This document shows, one piece after another, positions 1 to 12,918 of a stretch of DNA of 64,000 nucleotides. Source of the DNA: Octopus vulgaris (taxonomy: Eukaryota); contig OX597827.1 in NCBI GenBank assembly GCA_951406725.2, forward strand, positions 76,198,001 through 76,262,000, given 5' to 3'. Each line of letters opens with the position of its first letter. Positions within the stretch are counted from its first letter, which is position 1. Position numbers and translations under genes: made by a program. The notes beneath the pieces are model-generated. The model was not told the origin of the DNA and ran no database searches. It saw only the letters and a program-made list of their open reading frames with translations.

Positions 1-240
1 TCACACACACACACATTCATGTTATAGATCTACCAGTCTCCGCCTACCAAATTCATTCATAACGCTTTGGTTGGCTTAGGGCTATAGTAACACTTGCCCA
101 AGGTGCCTCTCTATAGGCCTACATCCAGAACCATGTGGTTGGATTGCAGACTTCCTATCACACAGACATTTTTATATCATGCTTATTGTAAATGCAGTAT
201 TTCATCCAGAGATAAACATCTCTAATGAACATGCTGTGTT

Positions 241-469
241 TTAACCCTCTAGTGTTCGCATTATTCTGCCAAAATTAATCCTTTTTAATCCACATTGTTT
301 TGAACTAATCATGCATCATCTTGTAGTTATGAGATTTTGATGAGGTAGCTGTTCATTTTTCAAACGATATTGTAGGGTTGGTGTGAGAGACCAGATCTGG
401 CCAGTTTAAACATAAAACAAGGAGAATACTTTTGGCCGTATATGGCCGGTTTAAATGCTAAAGGGTTAA
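241..469. mobile_element. piggyBac-like MITE, family P2 (other copies 26669-26897, 46015-46222, partial ~3925-4089)
   Basis: TTAA-CCCTCTAG...CTAAAGGG-TTAA termini; near-identical internal sequence at 26669-26897. Confidence 0.75.
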
Positions 470-784
470 AAAAATTATATGTATATCAGAGGCAGACGAA
501 AACCAACCAAACTGTATTTCACTGCAAACGCTAAAACCACTTTGGAACCACCAGTTTGTGCTGAATCCATGGAAACACATATAGTGACTCTCCAAACAGT
601 AACAATGTCTGTCTAACTGGTTTGTAATGTTATTATTAATTCACAAACAACATATTTGATGATAGATTTTTCAAAATCCAATACCAGTCACGGCACCAAT
701 TCAGGAATTACAAATTATCTGACCACATGGCTTAACCTACAGTTATTTATTCTACAGTGCAGTTTGTCACAACACTATCTAACC

Positions 785-881
785 ATCCATCTGTCTGTTT
801 ATCTATCTATCTATCTATCCATCCATCCATCCATCCATCTATTTATCTCTCTATCTATCTATCTCTCTATCTCTCTATCTC

Positions 882-920
<39 letters not shown>

Positions 921-1092
921 GTTTGTCTGTCTGTCTGTTTGTCTATCTATCTATTTGTGTCTGTCTGTCAGTCTATCTATCTATCTGTCTGTCTGTTTGT
1001 CTATCTATCTATCTGTATCTATCTCTCTATTTGTCTGTCTGTCTATCTATCTGTTATCTATCTCTCTAATTATCTGTCTATCTATCTGTCTA

Positions 1093-1136
<44 letters not shown>

Positions 1137-1190
1137 AGTCTATCTAAGTTAACTATGTCTACCTAATTTCTATATCTATCTGTCTATCTA
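785..1190. repeat. Compound (TCTA/TCTG/CT)n microsatellite
   Basis: Direct inspection. Confidence 0.95.
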
Positions 1191-1672
1191 CCTCACGTGA
1201 CCTTGTTAGTTAGTACCATATGACACTCAGCATTGTTAGAGCATGGTTTTAATTCCCAGCCCGAGTGGTGCATTCTGTTTTTGAGCAAGACATTTCATTT
1301 CGTATTTCTCCTCTCCATTCCACTGTAAATGAGTTCCAAAATCTGGGAAGTTCACCCTGCAACAGGCAAGCATCCAATTCAGAGTTGGTGGAGAATGGTC
1401 TCAGTCACTGATATGCCATTGAAACCAGGCTAAGCTCCAGCCTTATGGGCCTTAGAACTCATGATAGACTTAGGTCTAAGTCAGGGTTTATCCTTTTACA
1501 TGTTTCAGTCATTTGACTGTGGCCATGCTGGAGCACCACCTATAGTTGAACAAATTGACTCCGGGACTTTGTAAGCCTAGTACTTATTCTATTGGTCTCT
1601 TTTGCGAAACCACTAAGTTTTGGGGACAAGCGATGATGGTAGGGACAAACACAGACAAAAAACATACACATA

Positions 1673-2047
1673 GGTGCAGGAGTGGCTGTGTGGTAAGTAG
1701 CTTGCTTACCAACCACATGGTTCTGGGTTCATTCCCACTGTGTGGCACCTTGGGCAAGTGTCTTCTACTATAGCCTCGGGCTGACCAAAGCCTTGTGAGT
1801 GGATTTGGTAGACAAAAACTGAAAGAAGCCCGTCGTATATATGTATATATATGTTTGTGTTTGTCCCCCAACATCGCTTGACAACCGATGCTGGTGTGTT
1901 TGCGTCCCTGTAACTTAGCGGTCCGGCAAAAGAGACCGATAGAATAAGTACTAGGCTTACAAAGAATAAGTCCTGGGGTCGATTTGGTCGACTAAAGGCG
2001 GTGCTCCAGCATGGCCACAGCCAAATGACTGAAACAAGTAAAAGAGT
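1673..2047 (+). mobile_element. tRNA-derived SINE family A, full length (~375 bp)
   Basis: A box TGGCTGTGTGG, B box GGTTCATTCCC, internal (TA/TG)n, 3' tail GGCGGTGCTCCAGCATGGCC...GACTGAAACAAGTAAAAGAG; many copies in window. Confidence 0.9.
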
Positions 2048-3012
2048 ACATAAATATATATATATGTGTGACAGGCTTCTTTCAGTTTCCGTCTGCCAAA
2101 TCCACTTACAAAGCTTTGGTTGGCCTGAGGCTATAATCAGAGACAGTCGCCCAAGATGCCATGCAGTGGGACTGAACCTGGAACCATGTGGTTGGGAAGC
2201 AAGCTTCTTACCACACAGCCACACCTGGGGGGAACTTTTTTAACCAATTTCCCACCAAAATATATTTATTTATGCTGATGTTACCCCCTTGATTTGAAAG
2301 GAAGAAAATCATAAATTCTTTGAATTCAAAAGGTTCACTCTCTTGATCATGCATAAACAACCAGAGACATCGTAGTGCAGCGGGAACTTTTGGGTCTTGT
2401 AGGTGACAAGGCAACCTCACTAGTGCTGTCATGATTAAAAGTACCCAGTACTCTCTGAAATGTGGTTGGTAAATGAACTTGAATGATGTAGGGTTGAGAG
2501 GATTCTTTAGTCTTGTGAAGGATATGACAACCTCTCTTGTGCTGGTACCACAATATAATACACACAGAGCACTGTAAAATCGCTGGTGTCCGGAAGGGCA
2601 TTGAGATGTAGAAACTGTGATGAAATGAAACATAGTTGCAAGATGTGGTCCTCTGACCCATTGAGGAGGCTGGTAATTCAGAATAACAACTTAGTCCATG
2701 GCAATTCACCCCACCCTCTCCAGCATGGACAGCAGACCTCAAATGATGTTGAAAATGACAAGGATGTTTATAGTGAAGTCTACGCTGTCCTGTCTGAATA
2801 AATTTGAAAGAAAATACCATAAAAATGAATGACAAAAAGAAAAAAATACAAGACTATGAAGAAAGTTTCCCCATGGATAATTCAGAGTGATTGGTTCTTT
2901 TGAAATGCTGGTAAATTAAATGAGTGGAAACTGAACTGGTGAGTGCATTAAATAATGAGGTACTAAAAGAGAATGACTCTCCCCAGACACAACAAAATAT
3001 GCTTCAACACAC

Positions 3013-3303
3013 ATCATCATCATCATCATTGTTCGACCGTGGTCGAGACAATGGAATGTACCATGCTACACCAGACTTCACGGTCCATCATGGCATTACG
3101 GAGGTCCTGTTGCTGGATACCTGTATCCCTGGAGATTACATCAGGGCAGGAGAGTGTGCGCCCTCTGGTATTGCGAGTAGATGGCTTCCAGAGGAGAAGA
3201 GTAGAAATTACTTCTTTTTCAGCTCTACAACAATGTCCAGCAAACTGGACTCTCCTACCTTTCACAAGAGATGACACAGGTGGTAGTTTCTCATATATTT
3301 GCC
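3013..3303 (-). mobile_element. 5'-truncated RTE-like LINE 3' end, inserted in another repeat (host ~2930-3340; inverted host copy ~3525-3643)
   Basis: Translation RRVQFAGHCCR...LLLWKP...AMMDREVW resembles an RTE ORF C-terminus; (TGA)n tail; host sequence resumes after ACACAC. Confidence 0.75.
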
Positions 3304-4095
3304 ACACACAAACTCATATAAAGAATCTTGCAAACCAAATACCTCAGTCCACTCAGCTGTAAATGAGTCACTCTGCAATGGACAGACATCCCATCCAGGG
3401 GCAATGTTGCAATCTCAGTCATGTAGACAGTATGGAAACCAAGTAACTAGGAGTAACTGGCCCTATGAACCCTAGGACTCAAGACAGTAACTATTTTTAC
3501 CACACACACACACACACATTTCGTTTTGGGATTTGGTTTGCAAGATTCTTTATGTGAGTTTGTGTGTTGAAGCATATTTTGTTGTGTCTGGGGAGAGTCA
3601 TTCTCTTTTAGTGCCTCATTATTTAATGCACTCACCAGTTCAGATTAGAGCCTGGTGTGGCCTCCTGGGTTGTCAGTCCCCAGTCAAACCATTTAACCCA
3701 TGCCAGCATGGAAAATGGACGTTAACCGATGATGATGATGATGATGAGGATGATATTTTTATAGTGGTACTTTGTCATGTGTATTGGCAGTTCATCCATC
3801 TTCCACTTGCCCAGCCTACCTAGCTGTAAGTAGGTACCACACTCTGCTATAGTCCATAGTGAAATTGAGTTCAGATCCTTCTTTATGTAGAGCAGACACC
3901 TATTCCAAAAGGGGCCAGTGATTTATCCAAGCTGGCCGGATCTGGCCTCTCACACCTACCCTACAATGCTATTTTATTTAAAAAAAAACATCACATCATT
4001 GAAATCTTGATGCTACAAGACAGTGTATGATTTTTTCCCAAAAAATGTGCATGAAAAAGCATTAGAGTAATCTGAATGCTAACATTTTAAGAAGA

Positions 4096-4274
4096 AGCAC
4101 AGGCATAGCTGTGTGGTAAGAAGCTTGCTTACCAACCACATGGTTCCAGGTTCATTCCCACTGCGTGGCACCATGGGCAAGTGTCCTCTACTATAACCTC
4201 GGGCCAACCAAAGCCTTGTGAGTGGATTTGGTAGACAGAAACTGAAAGAAGCCTGTCGTATATATGTATGTATG

Positions 4275-4309
<35 letters not shown>

Positions 4310-4506
4310 TTGTCGCCCCCCCCCCCCCCAACATCGCTTGACAACTGATGGTGGTGTGTTTACGCACCCGTAACTTAGTGGTTCGGCAAAAGTGACTGAT
4401 AGAATAAGTACTAGGCTTACAAAAATAAGTCCTGGAGTCGACTTGCCTGACTAAAGACGGTGCTCCAGCATGGTCGCAGTCAAATGACTGAAACAAGTAA
4501 AAGAGA
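4096..4506 (+). mobile_element. SINE family A, full length
   Basis: Colinear with 1673-2047. Confidence 0.9.
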
Positions 4507-4883
4507 GTATGTATTAGCCAGAAAAATCTGCAATGTATTGAGTGTGCGATAGGTGAACTGTTGTTTGGTGAGGGATTACTGTATACCAATAATAAGTGGC
4601 ACAATTGATTTCTGTAAGTAAATGCCTAAGTAGAAAATCTGGAAAAAATTTTTGTTTTCAGAAAAAGAAATCAGGCAACCATCATACACATTACACATGC
4701 AATTTGTAAGCGGAACAGCAAAAATGTGCAAAACATTTCATAAGTTCATCATGTGACATTGTTTTTGTTGTCTATATTCTAATGATGGAGATTTGTATAT
4801 TTGTTAGAAACTAGCTTCTCCTTCCTCACAGCAAGACTTCAGATAATTTAATACAGAACAGAACAAACATATATATACACAGA

Positions 4884-4936
<53 letters not shown>

Positions 4937-6133
4937 CCTCAAGCCGAGCAAAATTGTAGTAGTCGTGACAGATACCTGTGTCACACAAATTGGCACCCAT
5001 GCCGGTGGCACGTAAAAGCATCCGTTACCCTCACGGAATGGTTGACATTAGGAAAGGCATCCAGCTATAGAAAACCATGCCAAATGAGACTGGAGTCTGG
5101 TGCAGCCTTCCAGTGTGCCAGCCCAGTCAAACTGTCCAACTTATGCCAGCATGGACAACAGGTGATAAATAATGATGATGATGATGATATGTTTGTGTGT
5201 TTTTGTGTCTGTGTTCATCCCCCGCCACCACTTAGCAATTGGTGTTAATGTGTTTACATCCCCATAACTTAGCAGTTCAACAAAACAGACTGATAAAATA
5301 AGAACTGGAGTTGATTCATTCAACTGAAAAATACTTGAAGGCGGTGCCCCAGCATGGCCACAGTCAATGATTGAAACAAGTAAAATATAAAAGATGTTGA
5401 TGCCTACATAGTTACTGTGAAGACCTGTGATCAAGTGGTTTGGATATTGCATACTGGATTGTAAGACTGTGGTTTCAATTCCTGACCTGGGTGGTGCATT
5501 GCACTCTTGAGCAAAACCCCTCATGTCATGTTGTTCCAGCCCAGTCACCTGTAAATGATAGCTGGGAGGTTAACTCTGTGACAGACCCCCATCCTATTTA
5601 GAGTAGGGGGTGGTGATCCCAGTCATTTATGTGTCAAGGAGACTGGATTAAGGCCCAACCTAAACGAGTTCTAGGGCTCAGGATGGGTCTTATTCTAAGT
5701 CATAGGTTCTCAAAGTGGTTGCTACCATACCCCTTCCCCAGTGGGCATTTGAATATCAGTGTTGCCTGGCTGGCTCCCCGTGCCGGTGGCATGTAAAAAG
5801 CACCATTCGAATGTGGTCATTGCCAGTGCCACCTGACTGGCTCCCATTCCAGTGGCACGTAAAAAGCGCCATTTAAGTGTGGTCATTGCCAGTGCCACCT
5901 GACTTTCATCATTTCAGGGCCAATAAAATGAAGTGCCAGTCAAGCACTGGAGTCAGTGTAATGAAGTAGCCCCCTTCTACCAAATTTCAGGCTTTGTGCC
6001 TATCATAGAAGGAATTGTTATCCTCCTCTTCCTCATAAATCCTTAAAATCCATAAAAATGTTTTAGACCAAAAGCCGCGGCCATGCTGGGGCACCACCGC
6101 TTTCTTTTCTTTTTTTTTATCTCCCGGGTGGGA

Positions 6134-6313
6134 GATGGGCTGAATCCTGGAAGTACTGCTATACCAGGCCAACCCGTGGCAAAGGCGGAGCAAGCCCCTA
6201 ACTCTTCGCCTCGTTCTAAAAATCAGTTTAATATCGATGGTCCCAAATAGGGACCGTATCAGTTATTAAGCTGATAAGAACAGATACTACACTTTGATCT
6301 TAGCCAAAAGGCC
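6134..6313 (-). pseudogene. U2: U2 snRNA retrocopy (first ~10 nt missing)
   Basis: Minus strand reads GGCCTTTTGGCTAAGATCAAAGTGTAGTATCTGTTCTTATCAG...; branch-site pairing GTAGTA and stems IIa, IIb, III, IV recognisable; Sm site variant ATTTTTAG and loop IV TATAGCAGTA; a microsatellite rather than an snRNA promoter lies upstream. Confidence 0.93.
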
Positions 6314-6662
6314 TCATCATCATTATTATTATTTAAGGCAGTGAGCTGGCAGAATTGTTAGCACGTCATGTAAAATGCTTAGTGGCATTTCATCCATCCT
6401 TATGTTCTGAGTTCAAATTCCACCAAGGCCAACTTTACTTTTCATCCTTTTAGGATTGATAAATTAAGTACCATTGAAACACTGGGGTCAGTGTAATCGA
6501 CTAGTCCCCTCCTTCAAAATTTCAGGCCTTGTGCATAGAGTAGAAGGGATTATTATTATTATTATTTCCTTGTTATTTTATGTACATGTTCTAAAACCCT
6601 TTGTATCATCCTGTCATGTCATTTAATGTATCCTTATATTAGCCCTTGTGGCCAATAAAAGA

Positions 6663-6704
<42 letters not shown>

Positions 6705-7102
6705 GGCGGAGAGCTTACAGAATCATTAATACATTGGGAAGGGTGCTTAGCAGCATTTTGTTTGTCTTTACATTCAAAATTCAAATTCCGCTTAGGTTGA
6801 CTTTGCTGTTCATCCTTTTGGAGTCGATAAAATAAGTACTGGCTCAGCACTGGGATCAGTGTAATTGATCTACCCCCACTTCCAAAATTGCTGGCCTTGT
6901 GCCAAAATTTGAAATCATCATCATTATTATTATCGCAATGTGTGAACAATAGTTTTGCCATTGGTGAGAGTTTTCCCTTGGGGCAATCAGTGATTCGCTA
7001 TAGTTTCTGACACAACAGCGACAGAAGAATATTTAACTTGATGCAAGAAACTTCATTTGTAAAGTGCTGTTTCTTTTTTCTTGACAATAATTATATCTTG
7101 TA

Positions 7103-7492
7103 CTAGCAGTATTGCCCGGCGTTGCTCGAGTTTGTTTCGACCCTTTAGAATTGGAATTTTTGAAAAGTAAAAATTTTGCATTATGTAGCTTGTTATTCTC
7201 TTTAAGCAAACATTTTTCTGGTTGAACTACACCGAAAAATGGTGATACAGCAGTCAAAAAATTGTAAAAAATAGGGATTTTCATAGAAAAAAAATCACCT
7301 TTTTGATGTAAATAATTTTTGGTGTTAACATGGTCTGATTTGAATTTTTTCTTCTATGGAAGGAAGAGCAAGCCTTCTTCTATCATACTCTCAATTTTGG
7401 TCAACTTGCGCAGCAGGGTCTCGGAGGAGATAGTGTTAGTTGAAGGCTACCAAACCTGCCATACACAGACAACTTCAGCTTTATATATATAG
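7103..7492 (-). mobile_element. Non-autonomous Helitron-like element
   Basis: Minus strand starts CTATATATATAAAG and ends with a GC-rich hairpin (CGAGCAACGCCGGG) then CTAG; no TIR or TSD. Confidence 0.7.
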
Positions 7493-7795
7493 GGATTGAT
7501 GTAAACCATCAAATGATACTCTCTCTCTCTCTCTCTCTCTCTCCCTCGCCCCTCACTGCACTCATACATGAATACAATATTAAGCAGTAAAGCATAAACT
7601 TCACATATAGTTCATAATTCAATTGTATTCTACAGCTGTTTCATTAAGACAGCCAATGTTAAATGTATGATTACATAATTGTAATACATAACTCATTTAA
7701 ATTAAATCAATTCAAAAACTTTTTACCCAGTTCATCAAGAATACTGTGTTATGTTAAATCAGAAAACCATTGCTGGCTATTGAGTGTGTGGTATG

Positions 7796-7826
<31 letters not shown>

Positions 7827-8446
7827 TGAGCTTTTTGTCCTCATAGTTTCTGTCTACCAAATTTCACTCACAAGGCGTTGGATAACTTACCCAAGATGCT
7901 GGGCAGTCTGATCAAACCTGGGAACACGACTAAATGGCAGGGTGGTCTCAGTTGGAATGTCTTTCATTGTATGTTTATCTGATCAAGACCTACCTGGGGT
8001 TAAACAACTACCTAAGTGGAACTATGGATAATGTTGCCCAAGACACGCCATTGTCTCAAGGCTACATCCGAAAAGAGAACCAGGAATTTTGCCAGTGGAA
8101 CATTTTTTGATGAAAAGGCTTGCTGGATCAGAAGTCAGTGATTTTGGCATTCAGCAACAACAACAATTAGGGCCATATTTGTTGCTGAATTACTGTGACC
8201 TTAGGTCAGATGGTGGTGGGGCAGGGATGGGGAAACTGTGATTGCAGTCATCTGCTTTGGATATATGTTGAGAGTCTTGTGGTTATTGTTGTTGTTATTG
8301 TTCAGCCTCAGTTGACCCTTGTAGAGTAGAGTTATGATGAAAGAGTGGTAGGGTTAGACTATCATCAGGTTTAACACCACCATTTAAATCAGTTATTCTC
8401 AACTGGGGCTCATATGGCCCTTAGGGGTCCATGTAAAATTTTGTTG

Positions 8447-8674
8447 TTAACCCTTTTGTTACCAACCTGGCTGAAACCGGTTGTGGCTCTGAGTACAAAT
8501 GTCTTGTTTTCATAAGTTCTTAATTAAAATCTTCCATCAAACCTTAGTCACAATTTATGTTCCTAACACTAGCTTAATGATGACTAAGTTATTTTAGTAA
8601 ATTCTTTGTTATATTTAAAGTAATTGAAAGAAACACAGAGCATCTCAAAATAAATACAGTAACGAAAGGGTTAA
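8447..8674. mobile_element. piggyBac-like MITE, family P1 (monomer), nested in an hAT-like MITE starting ~8390
   Basis: TTAA-CCCTTTTGTTAC...GTAACGAAAGGG-TTAA. Confidence 0.85.
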
Positions 8675-9108
8675 AATTTATGTACAATAAATTGGTTTTA
8701 CTTCTTCAGTACACCAAATATTAACAATTTTTTTTAAAATACAATTCCTAATAATATTTAATTATCAAAATATGATAGGATTTTTTAAACATGGAATGGT
8801 TATGAGGGTCCACCCGAGTAGAGCAGGAATGAATGGGTTTCATCATCATCATCATCATCATCATTTAGCGTCCGCTTTCCATGCTAGCATGGGTTGGACG
8901 GTTCAACTGGAGTCTGGGAAGCCGGAAGGCTGCATCAGGCCCAGTCAGATCTGGCAGTGTTTCTACAGCTGGATGCCCTTCCTAACGCCAACCACTCCGT
9001 GAGTGTAGTGGGTGCTTTTTACGTGCCACCTGCACAGGTTAAAAATGGTTGCGTTTCTTCCTTTTTCTTTTCGCCATATTAAGCATGTCCTCCTTTCTAG
9101 GAGTAGTT

Positions 9109-9385
9109 CAGGGGTTTCCAACTAAGGTCCACAGAAGCTTTAAGGGGGTCCACGAGTAAAAAATTATAATTTGTGGGTCCATATATAAATTTTGTTTACC
9201 AGGAGAGGTACCTGTATTTATTGAAATTTTCAAGATTTGTATTTGGAATTTCTGTTATGAATATAATGAAATTATTTCAAACCTACAAATTTATTTCTAA
9301 AATTTACATGTGCATATATGGGGTCCACAGATGATTAAATAGCTCTCAGGGGGTCCACAAGCAAAAATAAGGTTGGGAACCCCTG
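9109..9385. mobile_element. hAT-like MITE
   Basis: TIRs CAGGGGTTTCCAAC / GTTGGGAACCCCTG; perfect 8-bp TSD GAGTAGTT (9101-9108, 9386-9393). Confidence 0.9.
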
Positions 9386-9889
9386 GAGTAGTTAATAGCT
9401 TTTGTTACTTGGGTGAAAACAGAAAGGTGTAAGAGAGGAAAAAAAAAGTATAAATCGAGAGGTGTATTAAGGTAGGTAAATTGTTATATGGGAGATAAAC
9501 AGCGGATAGATGTGGAAAAAAGATACGTCTACAATAGAGGGATGAAAGAAGTAACATAATGAAATAAAAGAATTGTAGAGAGTGAGTGAACGTTAGAAAA
9601 ACAGAGAAAATTATGTATGTATGATATTGAAAAAATGTATTCAAGAAGAGAATAGGTTGTAGGTGATTTTGATAGAGAAGAGAAGAAATAATGAAATATG
9701 TTTGTGATTGTGAAGAATGAAGAAGTAGTCATCTATCTCCCTTCCATCAAGAAACCCATTCTTCTCCAGCCCTTTTTTCTCATACTTCAACCCTTCTCTA
9801 CTCCTTAGTCTCCTAGAATAAGGTTGTCCCTCTCACCTGCTTCAGGTTATAATCTTGTAAGCTGCATGGTGACGTCAGTAGTGATGATG

Positions 9890-10066
9890 GCATGAAAAGG
9901 GACCCTGTCCACGCTGTAAAGTGGCTTGCATTAGGAAAGGTGTCCAGCCATAGAAACCATGCCAAACCAGACACCAGGGCACAATGCAAGGCCATCGACC
10001 CACTAAATCCTGTCAAGCCATACAACTTATGCCAGCATGATACATGGACATTAAATGATGATGATG
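9890..10066 (+). mobile_element. Repeat family C: LINE (RTE-like) 3' end with (TGA)n tail; further copies ~4940-5188, 8840-9037(-), 30570-30720, 47305-47452, 61760-61910
   Basis: Shared core TGGCATTAGGAAGGGCATCCAGC...CATGCCAGCATGGAAA..GACGTTAAATGATGATGA; RTE assignment is inference. Confidence 0.7.
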
Positions 10067-12290
10067 AGTAAGAGTGCATGAGTTTAAAAGCGGTTACTTC
10101 AAGTGAAACAAAAACATTTTGAGTTACGGAGAAACTGGTCAATTCTGAAGAGCAGAGAGACGTTCAAGATTTTCCCAAAATGTTAATTGTCAATAGGAAT
10201 TGGAGAAATGGAATGTGGCAGAAGGAAAATATGGCTTGAGTTAAAAAGAATAACTGAAAGAAGACAGAATGAAACATAGGAAGAAAATGGTACATTGCGT
10301 GATTCAAAAAGATGAATTACTGAAAGGAAACAAACGTACCCCGTCATACTTGACTAGTACCCCAATAGTGTGTGTGTGGGTGTGTTATGTGGCATTTACA
10401 AGCACAAATTAATCCGAATAAATTACATTACAGCTAATTATATATATCTGTAAATTGTACAAATTGTATATATCTATATAAACAATATTAATCTATTTAT
10501 AAATAATACTAACCCATTTATAATACGTTATTCACAAAGTTATACAAACACGCACACACTCTCACTTTCTCTCCTCTCACACACACATACATACATATAC
10601 AGCTTAAGCCTTATTTACTAAAACCTCTCTCTATATATTTGTCATCTCAACCTGTCCACCCTAATTTTCTCCATGCATATCTCCTCTTCCTTCTCCTCAT
10701 GCTCTTCCTCCTTCCTTTCTTATCCAGCAATGGCAGTGTACAGCGGGGAGGAAGCGTTGTCTGTAGTTTCTGTCTTTCACCTCTATCTACTCCCCCTGCC
10801 AGTGTATGTGTGTGTGTATATGTGTAGGTGTGTATGTGTGTGTGTGTGTGTGTGTGTGTCCATTGTTCACTACATCCCTCTCTGCCGTCCCCAGCTAAAC
10901 CAACACCCTTTTCCCCTGTACTGCCACTCTTGATCAGTATCTTATTCCCTTTATTGTAGACTGGAAGGCCGTAGGAAGGGGCTCGAAGGATAGCAGGAGG
11001 ATGGATGAATCCATAGTTAACATAAGAGGGGTGTGAAGGGGTGAAGAGCCATAGAATTTAAAAAAATAAAACAGTGATTCATAAGTTGCTAGCTCTGTCT
11101 GTCTGGCTGTCGTCTATATGGATGGCTGTGTATGTATGTATGAAAGGGAAAATTAAGATAAAATGTATGTGTATGCATATATATGGATGGATAGTTGAGT
11201 GTATGTATGGTTGAATTGATGTTTATAAATATGCCTGCATGCATACATGTATTGCTGGGTAGATGTATGGGAGAGTGTGTGAGTGTAACGTGTCTGTGTA
11301 ATGTAGGTGTGTAATATATACAACCCTGCATACGTGGGTCGATGTGTTTTTAAATGTTTGTGTGTGTATGTGTGTACATATGAGTATATGTATGTGTATG
11401 TAGACACGTGTTTTCATGTTTCTCTGTGTGCTTTTAAATGGCTGTGATTGTGTGTGTGAGCTCCAATTGCTGGCTCCCTGTGCCCTCAACCCAAATTAAA
11501 AAGCAGCACTAAAACAAGAACCTCTGACCTCTCAACCATGCTGGAGCAAACCAACCGTGACAAATTGCTTCTTCCATATCCTCTGACTACTACCCATCCA
11601 TTATTTCGCCCTACATTCCACCATCACCACCCTAGCCTCCCTCTTTCTCTGTCTGTCTCTGTCTGTCTGTCTGTCTCTCTCTCTCTGACTGTATACAGTA
11701 CAGCCATTTGATGGATAGACAGACAGATAAATAAACACCTTCCTCGCCCTCACCCAGTCTGCTTAAAGGCAGAGTATCAGTTAATACTGATCTATCTTTC
11801 TCTCTCGTCTCTCAGGCCTCTTTATCACTTCCCCCTCCTCTGTCCGGCTTACTCTCTCCCCAGATTCTTCTTTCCTACCCTCTCTCTCTCCCTCCCTCTC
11901 TCTCTGTATCTCTTCTCTGTCTTCATTCTGTCTTATCAGTGTCTGCCTGTCTGTCTGATTAGTTACAGTTTTTGTTTCTGTAATTATCTGTTTATCTACG
12001 TTAATCTTTTTGTCTATCTCACTCTCTTCCTGGCTAGCTGTCTGGACTAATCTCTATATCTGTTAATCCAGCTGTCTGTTTTTTAATTCACTTATATCTA
12101 CCGTATTCACTTCTTTCTCTTTCTCTAATTGTTTATTTCTTTGTTAAACCCACTTCTTGCCTTTACTCTCTTTGTTCACTCACACACACTTTCCTTTGTG
12201 TTCAACTGGACTGGTTCATCAAAGGACTAACCCCCACTTGTCTAGTATACAGTTCTCTCAGAATACCAAACTGACCATATATATATATAT

Positions 12291-12918
12291 ATTGGGTTGG
12301 CAAGGAAGTAATTTCTATTTTTTAGGGTGAAATAAAAGTCATTTTTTTTTCATACGAAGAATGAACTTTAATCAATAATATATTTTCCATTTTGTTCGAT
12401 GACCTTTTGCCATCTTTCTGCCAATTCCGTGATTCTGCGCTCATGGAAATTCTGGTCCTTATCAGCCCAAAACTGAAGCAAGTGCAATTTCAGGTCATTA
12501 CCATTCAAAGAATTTTGCAAACTTTGAAATAAATGTTAATCTGATGGTGCAAGGTGATGGCTATATGGTGGATGTGACATAACTTCCCAACCGAGCTCCA
12601 ATAAGTTTTCATGAGTTAGCAAAGACGTGTGTGGTCCAGCGTCATGATTCTTTTATGATTTACCAATTCTGTCCGTCTTTCTTTGATTACTTCCTCCAGT
12701 TTCATTAGTAGTTGACAGTAAACATCTGAATTGATCGTTTGGTTCCTTGGAAGCAGCTCAAAATACACAACACCTTTGTAATCCCATCAAACTGACATGA
12801 CCCTTTTTTTGACGCAATTCAGCTTTTGATATGGTTTGTGCTGGTTCATTACACTTGGACCATGATCGTTTTCGATTGATGTTATTGTAGACAATCCATT
12901 TTTCATCACCAGTGATGA
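12291..12918 (-). mobile_element. Degenerate, internally deleted mariner transposon
   Basis: Minus strand encodes ITGDEKWIVYNN and HPPYSHHLAPSD*HLF (mariner TGDEKW and YSPDLAPSD motifs); TIR-like TATTGGGTTGGCAAG next to (TA)n. Confidence 0.9.

Noticed and set aside
656-1166. ORFs of 75-137 aa rich in LSIY
   Set aside because: Translations of the (TCTA)n microsatellite
1673-1745. tRNA genes at SINE heads
   Set aside because: A/B boxes present but no complete cloverleaf; always continuous with the SINE body
1584-2243. Recurrent ORFs ending ...EDTCPRCHAVGLNPEPCGW
   Set aside because: Antisense translation of SINE family A, repeated at each copy
2208-2835. ORFs of 141 and 162 aa on the minus strand
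   Set aside because: No recognisable motif; probably decayed repeat, cannot support a call
6134-6313. Functional U2 snRNA gene
   Set aside because: 5' end truncated, Sm site altered, no promoter or 3' box context, retroposon tail and TSD present
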